Shown here piece by piece: positions 58,054 through 64,000 of a stretch of DNA of 64,000 bases. The notes below the pieces were generated by a model. The model did not search any database, had not been told where the DNA came from, and worked only from the letters and a program-made list of their open reading frames with translations. Both the position numbers and the translations under genes were made by a program. Origin of the DNA: an uncultured Gemmatimonadales bacterium (lineage in GTDB: Bacteria; Gemmatimonadota; Gemmatimonadetes; Gemmatimonadales; Gemmatimonadaceae); assembly GCA_963793305.1 (NCBI GenBank), contig CAWBZV010000002.1, positions 544,001 through 608,000 of the forward strand, written 5' to 3'. Every line of letters starts with the position of its first letter. Position 1 is the stretch's first letter.

Positions 58054-58634
58054 CGGCTCACCAATGGCGCAAGGACGCGCCGCAGTGTCCGCCACGCGTC
58101 ATGCACGTGCCACCGCACGGTTGCCTCGGAGATCGCCAGCGCATCGGCCACTTCGCCGCGCGTACACCCATCGAGCTCGATCAATTCGATGACGATACGC
58201 TGGCGTGGCGGCAGCGCGTCGAGCGCCGACCGAAATCGCGCGCGCACCTCCGCACGCTCGACCGCGAGGTCGGTCCGCTCGACGCCCATGACGTCGTCGG
58301 GCAACGCCTCCGTTCTCCGCAGCGCTCTCGCTTTCCGCGCGTTGAGCCCGCGATTGATGAGCACCCGGTACATCCATGGCCCAAATGGCCGGCCGAGCTC
58401 GAAGCTGTCGATCTGTCGCAACAGGATCATGAACGTCTCCTGCACCAGATCTTCGGCATCTTCCCGATGGCCGAGCAACCGGAACGCGACGGTGAACGCT
58501 CTCCGGATGTAGCGCCGGACGAGCACGTCGTAGGCCGCCGAGTCGCCGCGTTGGACGCGCTCGACCAGGGCGGACTCCTCAGCAACTAGTGCCGCCGGGA
58601 GCGCGACCTCAGTACGGACGCGTGCCGGCTCCAC
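58050..58634 (-). CDS. ECF sigma factor (start uncertain)
   Basis: GDSAAYDVLV, DAEDLVQETF, WMYRVLIN, LPPRQR, EVADALAISEATVR. Confidence 0.9.
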   Translation of the reverse strand: MEPARVRTEVALPAALVAEESALVERVQRGDSAAYDVLVRRYIRRAFTVAFRLLGHREDAEDLVQETFMILLRQIDSFELGRPFGPWMYRVLINRGLNARKARALRRTEALPDDVMGVERTDLAVERAEVRARFRSALDALPPRQRIVIELIELDGCTRGEVADALAISEATVRWHVHDAWRTLRRVLAPLVSR

Positions 58635-59145
58635 TGGCGGTCCCTGGCGGTCCCCCGCGCTCGTTGATCAGCGGTCGGTGCGACATCCGCGCCTCGAACG
58701 CGAGCTGATCTTGCAGACTCTGCAGCTTCTTTTGCTGATCGGGATTCAGCACCGCAACGGCCTTCTCGCGCGCCGTCCGTCCGGCGTCGTGCACCTCGCC
58801 GAGCAACCGCGCCGTTGCGCGCCGCGTCGCGAGCAGACTGTCGCGTTGCTCGGCGGTCATCGGCACGGGTGGCACACCAGGCGAGTTCGGCGCCCGGGGC
58901 GGCGGAGCGGCCGATCGCAAATCGTCGAGCGAGTCCCTGAGTGGGCGCACGTGCATCGTGAGCTGCGCGCCGATGCTCTGCAGCGACGTCACCTGCGAGT
59001 CGGCCAACTTGAGCTCCGACCGGTGCAGAATGATGAACGGGGTCGGGTTCTCCGGATCCATCGGCTGCTTGAGCGCTATCGTGTCGGGCGTTTGCGCCGT
59101 CACGACATTGGCCAACAGAACGAGACCGAACGCTACACGCAGCAT
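58609..59145 (-). CDS. Secreted Spy/CpxP-like helical protein
   Basis: Signal peptide VTAQ, HRSELKLADSQV, VLNPDQQKK. Confidence 0.6.
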   Translation of the reverse strand: MLRVAFGLVLLANVVTAQTPDTIALKQPMDPENPTPFIILHRSELKLADSQVTSLQSIGAQLTMHVRPLRDSLDDLRSAAPPPRAPNSPGVPPVPMTAEQRDSLLATRRATARLLGEVHDAGRTAREKAVAVLNPDQQKKLQSLQDQLAFEARMSHRPLINERGGPPGTASGAGTRPY

Positions 59146-59157
59146 GAGTGCTCCAGT

Positions 59158-60321
59158 TTACACTGCCCGGCCGCCAGCCGTTGGGTTGCCAACACCGAGA
59201 CGGGCCAGCGCTTCCATCACTCGCCGGGTTGCCTCTTCAGTAGTATCGCCGACTGCCGCCAAATGTCCCATCTTCCGCGCCGGTCGCGCCTCTTTTTTTC
59301 CATACAAGTGCAGGCGTGTACCAGGAACGGCCAGCGCCGCCGCGAAATCGGGAGGGGCCGACCCATGCCAGGCGTTGCCGAGAATGTTCGCGATCGCGGC
59401 GGGTGTCACGATGGCCGTGTCGCCGAGCGGTAGGTCGCACACGGCGCGCACGAGTTGCTCGAACTGGCTCGTGACGCACGCCTCGATCGTGTGATGAAAG
59501 CTGTTGTGCGGCCGCGGAGCCAACTCGTTCACCAGCAGCCGGCCGTCCGCGGCGAGGAACATCTCGACGGCGAGCAGACCCACGACGCCGATCCCCTCGG
59601 CCAGCCAGGTGGCGAGCTCCGTCGCTCGTTCGGCCATCCCCGGATCCAAGCGGGCGGGGATCGCCGACCACGCGAGCTGCCCGGCCTCATGAACGTTGAG
59701 CGCCGGCGGATACACGGCTGTCTCGCCGTGAGGTCTGCGGGCCACCATCACCGAGATCTCGGCGGCCAGGTCCACCGCCTGCTCGACGACGCAGCGGGTT
59801 GCCCTGAGGGCTGCCCATGCCTCGGCGCACTCGTCGGGAGTCGTCACCCGAACCTGCCCACGCCCATCGTAGCCGCCGGTGGCAGCTTTCACATAGGACA
59901 CGCCGAACCGCTCGACAGCCTGCCGGCACTCGGCGACCGATGACACGGTGGCATAGGCGCCGACGGGTGCCCCTTGGCTGACGAGCCACTCTTTCTGCCG
60001 CGCCCGATCGCCGACGACCTCCAGGACTTTGGACCCGGGCCGCACGGGCGCGAACTCACTCGCGGCCACGAGGCCGGCCGGCGCGATCCGCTCGATTTCG
60101 AGGGTGACAACGTCGGCCATTTCGGCCAGCCGCGTGGCAGCTGCCACGTCGTCGAACCTCGCCGTGATGCACTGGCTCGCCAGCGGACCCGCTGGTGGGT
60201 GCGGGTCGGGGTCCAACACGACGATGTCATATCCCATCGCGCGGGCGGCGAGCGCGGTCATGCGCCCGAGTTGCCCGCCGCCGAGCAACCCGATCGTCGC
60301 ACCTGGGAGTATTGGGGTCAC
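59158..60321 (-). CDS. purK: N5-carboxyaminoimidazole ribonucleotide synthase
   Basis: GGGQLGRM, GYDGRGQ, NELAPRPHNS, HLYGK...RKMGH. GTG overlaps the purE stop. Confidence 0.96.
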   Translation of the reverse strand: MTPILPGATIGLLGGGQLGRMTALAARAMGYDIVVLDPDPHPPAGPLASQCITARFDDVAAATRLAEMADVVTLEIERIAPAGLVAASEFAPVRPGSKVLEVVGDRARQKEWLVSQGAPVGAYATVSSVAECRQAVERFGVSYVKAATGGYDGRGQVRVTTPDECAEAWAALRATRCVVEQAVDLAAEISVMVARRPHGETAVYPPALNVHEAGQLAWSAIPARLDPGMAERATELATWLAEGIGVVGLLAVEMFLAADGRLLVNELAPRPHNSFHHTIEACVTSQFEQLVRAVCDLPLGDTAIVTPAAIANILGNAWHGSAPPDFAAALAVPGTRLHLYGKKEARPARKMGHLAAVGDTTEEATRRVMEALARLGVGNPTAGGRAV

Positions 60322-60836
60322 GTCTTCGAGGGCGGCGGCAGAGTCTGCGCGAGCACCTCGTCCCGTCGCTCGGCGCGCCAAGCGCGGATTCGCTCTCTGA
60401 CCTCGGGTCGCGCGATCCCAACAATGAGAGCCGCGAGGATGCCGGCATTTGCGGCCCCGGCGGCGCCGATCGCCAGGGTACCGACGGGCACGCCCTTGGG
60501 CATCTGGACGATGGACAGCAGGGCGTCCATGCCGTTGAGTGCCGTGGCGGGCACCGGAACGCCAAGGACGGGTACGAGGGTTTTCGCCGCCAGCATGCCG
60601 GGCAAATGAGCAGCGCCGCCGGCCCCAGCGATAATCGCCTGCAGGCCGCGGGCTTCCGCCTGTTCGGCGTACTGGAAGAGCCAGTCAGGCGTGCGGTGTG
60701 CCGAGACGACGCGTTCTTCGAAGGGGACCCCGAATGTTCTCAGCATCTCGCACGCCGGCGCCAAGTGTGCGTAGTCGCTTTGGCTGCCCATCACGACGCC
60801 GACCACGGGATCTAAAACGTCAGGAATGGGATTCAT
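60318..60836 (-). CDS. purE: N5-CAIR mutase
   Basis: MGSQSD, SAHRTP, AGAGGAAHLPGM, SIVQMPKGVPV. Confidence 0.97.
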   Translation of the reverse strand: MNPIPDVLDPVVGVVMGSQSDYAHLAPACEMLRTFGVPFEERVVSAHRTPDWLFQYAEQAEARGLQAIIAGAGGAAHLPGMLAAKTLVPVLGVPVPATALNGMDALLSIVQMPKGVPVGTLAIGAAGAANAGILAALIVGIARPEVRERIRAWRAERRDEVLAQTLPPPSKT

Positions 60837-60886
60837 TCGGTGTAAGGAACCAATAGACGGCGGAAGACGTAATAGGCTATAACACT

Positions 60887-61234
60887 ATGCAAATCATGCA
60901 GCAATTGGGTCTCTCGGTGGGGCTCAGCGCGGCGGGCGGAATGGCGATCCGGCAAGCGATGGCCATGGCCGGCATCCCGGCTGAGTCCGGTGGTCTTCGG
61001 ATCACGGCGCAGCCACATGAGCACGGGTGCAAGTACCTGTTCTCGATCGAACAAGATGCGCGTGAGACGGATTACATTGTTAGGCAGCACGGAATAAAAA
61101 TGTACGTCGATCCATTCTCGGCTGAGCACGTTAATGGGAGTGAGATCGACTTCGCGGAGACCGAAGAGGGCGCTCGATTCACGTTGACGCCTCCAGATCG
61201 GTCGAAGCATTGGAAGGCGCCGCTCGTGGCGTAA
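60887..61234 (+). CDS. HesB/IscA-fold protein lacking the canonical Cys motifs
   Basis: GLRI...Y...D....GIKMYVDPFS..V.GSEIDF....F pattern, but no GGCSG or CGCG. Confidence 0.75.
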   Translation: MQIMQQLGLSVGLSAAGGMAIRQAMAMAGIPAESGGLRITAQPHEHGCKYLFSIEQDARETDYIVRQHGIKMYVDPFSAEHVNGSEIDFAETEEGARFTLTPPDRSKHWKAPLVA

Positions 61235-61263
61235 CCGCTGGCGCGGGTCAGCGGTTGATGCGA

Positions 61264-61303
61264 CGGGCGGACCCGGAAAGGGGTTCGCCCGCTTCGTTTC
61301 TTT
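61264..61303 (+). terminator. Terminator-like hairpin upstream of the sigma factor gene
   Basis: CGGGCGGACCC...GGGTTCGCCCG stem followed by CTTCGTTTCTTT. Confidence 0.5.
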
Positions 61304-61319
61304 GGGGGATAAAGGTAAA

Positions 61320-62252
61320 ATGGCGGTTCAGAAAAAGGGCGCTCGCCGGGCACGGCGCGCACCGGTAGCGATAGAGGCAGACCAGGGGCACGAGCTGCTC
61401 GATCTGTATATCGCGGAGCTGTCGCGCACGCCGGTGATGAACGCCGAGGCGCAGAAAGAGCTCGCGCGAAAGATGCGGAATACGAAGCTCTCGCAGCCCG
61501 AGAAGAACCAGGCGCGCGCGGAGTTGATCAGCGCGAACTTGCGGTTCGCGTTCTCGGTCGCCAAGCAGTACCAGAATCGCGGGCTGTCGCTCGAGGATCT
61601 GGTCGGCGAGGCGAACGCGGGATTGTGTCGCGCCGCGGACAAGTACGATCCGGACGTTGGCGTGAACTTCATCTCGTACGCCGTGTGGTGGATCAAGCAG
61701 GCCTTGCACGCGTCGATCACGACCAAGGGTCGTTCCGTGCGGTTGCCACTCGGCCGCGCCGGCGACCTCTCGCGTGTCGTCAAGGCCCAGGCAGCGTTGC
61801 GCGCGGCGCTCGGCCGCGAGCCGACGCATAATGAGATCGGCCGGGCGTGCAATTTGAGCCCGGAGATCGCCGAGAGCTTGGTGGCACTCGTGCAGCCCGA
61901 GCGGTCGCTGGATGAGCCGCTCGAGTCGGGTACCAACTCGCGCGCGGGCGGCAGCCGTACGCTCGCCAGTGTCATCGGCAACGATGACGATGAAGAGGGT
62001 CGTTTGCCAGGTCGGCTGGAAGACGAAGACCGTTGGAATGCTTTGCGTTTGGCGTTGGAGCCGTTGCCGGCTCGCGATCGCCAGGTGCTCGTGCTCTACT
62101 ACGGTCTCGAGGGCAAGGAGCCGATGACGCTCGAGCAGATTGGTTCGATGCTCGGAGTCACGCGCGAGCGTGTGCGTCAGTTGCGCGATCGCGCGATCGC
62201 GGCGCTGCGTTCGGGTCAGGCGACAGAAGTCCTGCGCGACTGGGCAGCGTAA
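61320..62252 (+). CDS. Sigma70-family factor (RpoD/RpoS-like, no region 1.1)
   Basis: ANLRFAFSVAKQY, DLVGEAN, FISYAVWWIKQ, SLDEP, TLEQIG...TRERVRQ. Confidence 0.93.
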   Translation: MAVQKKGARRARRAPVAIEADQGHELLDLYIAELSRTPVMNAEAQKELARKMRNTKLSQPEKNQARAELISANLRFAFSVAKQYQNRGLSLEDLVGEANAGLCRAADKYDPDVGVNFISYAVWWIKQALHASITTKGRSVRLPLGRAGDLSRVVKAQAALRAALGREPTHNEIGRACNLSPEIAESLVALVQPERSLDEPLESGTNSRAGGSRTLASVIGNDDDEEGRLPGRLEDEDRWNALRLALEPLPARDRQVLVLYYGLEGKEPMTLEQIGSMLGVTRERVRQLRDRAIAALRSGQATEVLRDWAA

Positions 62253-62253
62253 G

Positions 62254-62307
62254 AGCCCCCTTGGGGGTTTGGGGGATGAGAGTATTTCCCCCAAACCCCT
62301 AGGGGCT
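62254..62307. terminator. Long hairpin between convergent genes
   Basis: AGCCCC...GGGGTTTGGGGGA / TCCCCCAAACCCC...GGGGCT. Confidence 0.65.
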
Positions 62308-62494
62308 ACTCCGTGAGCCCATGATCCTGAATGCGATCGACGGTGTTCTTGCTGTCGATGTCGGGTTCCGCGTTCGGATCTTCCTCATCCCGCGTCTGCT
62401 CTTCCTCGTTCGCCGCGAACGACGCGCCAGCGAAATCCCGTCCATGCAGGTGGATGACTTTCGGCTCCTCGGGTTCGTCGTCGTGCTCACTCAT
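62306..62494 (-). CDS. Small acidic hypothetical protein
   Basis: 62 aa, strong AGGAG ribosome-binding site, follows the VOC gene. Confidence 0.6.
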   Translation of the reverse strand: MSEHDDEPEEPKVIHLHGRDFAGASFAANEEEQTRDEEDPNAEPDIDSKNTVDRIQDHGLTE

Positions 62495-62503
62495 GTTGTC
62501 TCC

Positions 62504-62959
62504 TCATGGCGTGTCGAGGTAACGTAACTCCAGACACTCGATGGTTCTCCCATCGGGATCGCACGCATACAGCGCTCTGACTCCATCCCAGGCTGATCCA
62601 GGCTCGACAATCGTCACGGCCTCGGAGATCTGGCCGGCGCCCAAGCTGACGAGTCGCTCCCGGGCCGCGTCGGCGCTGTCGACGACGAATCCCAAATGAG
62701 TATGGCCGGGCTGGTGTCGCTGTTGCGCGAGACGCCCCGTGACCGGGTGGACGTACTGGATGAGCTCGAGTAGTCCGCCGCCAGGTACTTCCAGATCAGC
62801 CGTCACAATGCTGGCGCCGGCAACGCCCGTCACCGTCTCGATCTCGTCACCACTATTCTGCGACCGTTCGCGCACACGGCACCCGAGCAATGCCGAGTAG
62901 AACGCGATCGATGCGTCGAGATCCGAGACTGTGAGGCCGACGTGATGCAGGCCAGTCAT
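62504..62959 (-). CDS. VOC/glyoxalase family protein
   Basis: LHHVGLTVSDL, LELIQY, HLGFVV, DPDGRTIE. Confidence 0.9.
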   Translation of the reverse strand: MTGLHHVGLTVSDLDASIAFYSALLGCRVRERSQNSGDEIETVTGVAGASIVTADLEVPGGGLLELIQYVHPVTGRLAQQRHQPGHTHLGFVVDSADAARERLVSLGAGQISEAVTIVEPGSAWDGVRALYACDPDGRTIECLELRYLDTP

Positions 62960-64000
62960 AGCTCGACCTCCGGCGCGTCCGGTGTATCGCGCCCGAGGAC
63001 CTCATCGAGCGTCTCGTGCCGCTTGACGAGGCGGGCCCGGTTGCCGCTGACCATGACGGTCCCCGGCCGCGCAAGCGCATTGAAATTGGTCGCGGCCGCA
63101 TCCTGATACGCCCCCGTATCCAGAAACGCGATGAGGTCGCCCGCCGTGACCTTGGGCGCCGGCACATCGCGCGCGAGAACATCGAACCCGCACGAGATGC
63201 CGACGATGTGAGCTGTCCCCGCCGGTTGCTCGTCGACGCGCGACGCGAACACGGGACGAAAGTGTGCGTGCTCGATCATGAGGTCCGGCAAGAACATCTC
63301 CGTCGTGTCGACCTCGATCCAGGTGGCCGGGGTCGGTCGCATCTGCGTTTTGATGTGCCGCACGCGTGTGAGATGCACGCCGGCGTCCGCGAACAGGCTG
63401 CGTCCGGGCTCGAGCTGCAGGACGATGCCGTCGGGCTCGACTCCACCCGCCCGGAGCGATGCACACAACGATGTGCCGACGCACTCGGCATACTTCTCGA
63501 TCGACGCGGCTGGCCGCCGCTCTGGGTCCGTCGGATCTCGCGGGGCGGGGAATCCGCCGCCGATGTCGAGCTCGCGCGGCCGCCACGGCGCCCACGCGCG
63601 GCAGAGCGCCGCTACCGCTGCCCCGAACCCCGCCGCCATCTTCGCCCAGACCGCCGGATCCGCACTATGTCGTCCCAGGTGCGTCATGAGCCCGCTCAGC
63701 TCCAGGTTCTTCTCGGAGAGCACTCGCAATCCAATCGCTCGTGCTGCACTCGGCTCGATCCCGGGTTTGTAGAGCTGCGCCGCATCCCGAATCGCCATGT
63801 CCGGGAAGAAGTCCGATCTCTCCGTCAGCGACTCGTGATCCGGTCGCACGCGCAGTCGAAGATGCGCTCGCAGTTGCATCGCGAGCAGCGCATCGAGCTC
63901 GGCCTCGCTGTCGAGCGTAATGGCGGCCCCAGTCTGCGCCGCTTCTCTCAGCAGCCCCGCATTTTTTGCTGATCCATTGACGGAGATCCGCTCGGCGGGC
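62956..64000 (-). CDS. PLP-dependent Orn/DAP/Arg decarboxylase family protein (5' end off the window)
   Basis: Frame open to the window edge: ISVNGSAK, TLDS..EL, HLG, LDIGGGF, LEPGR, GISC..D, DTGAY, NFN..RP. Confidence 0.88.
   Translation of the reverse strand, partial: PAERISVNGSAKNAGLLREAAQTGAAITLDSEAELDALLAMQLRAHLRLRVRPDHESLTERSDFFPDMAIRDAAQLYKPGIEPSAARAIGLRVLSEKNLELSGLMTHLGRHSADPAVWAKMAAGFGAAVAALCRAWAPWRPRELDIGGGFPAPRDPTDPERRPAASIEKYAECVGTSLCASLRAGGVEPDGIVLQLEPGRSLFADAGVHLTRVRHIKTQMRPTPATWIEVDTTEMFLPDLMIEHAHFRPVFASRVDEQPAGTAHIVGISCGFDVLARDVPAPKVTAGDLIAFLDTGAYQDAAATNFNALARPGTVMVSGNRARLVKRHETLDEVLGRDTPDAPEVEL

Overview
GC-rich, gene-dense bacterial chromosomal segment. The gene repertoire suggests Gemmatimonadota, which is an inference. 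It holds about 58 CDS: signalling (PAS kinases, TPR-HD-GYP, ECF and sigma70 factors), transporters, secreted peptidases, a D-amino-acid module, envelope genes, housekeeping genes (purE, purK, holB, moaC, uppS, yaeQ) and a Doc/AbrB toxin-antitoxin pair. I found no rRNA, tRNA, CRISPR array, transposase or prophage. Main observations: (1) a complete cysteine-sensing attenuator, missed by the ORF track, upstream of a sulfite/nitrite reductase. It has a leaderless MTLRCCC leader peptide plus protector, antiterminator and terminator helices. (2) An operon coupling a ZU5-like lipoprotein with a C-terminal HFS autoproteolysis motif to a TPR-HD-GYP protein and a hybrid kinase. (3) An APC permease fused through an internal signal peptide to a CocE/NonD hydrolase. 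(4) In-frame repeat or palindrome insertions inside two proteins. (5) Widespread leaderless promoter geometry. (6) Five apparent +1 frameshifts, probably sequencing errors.
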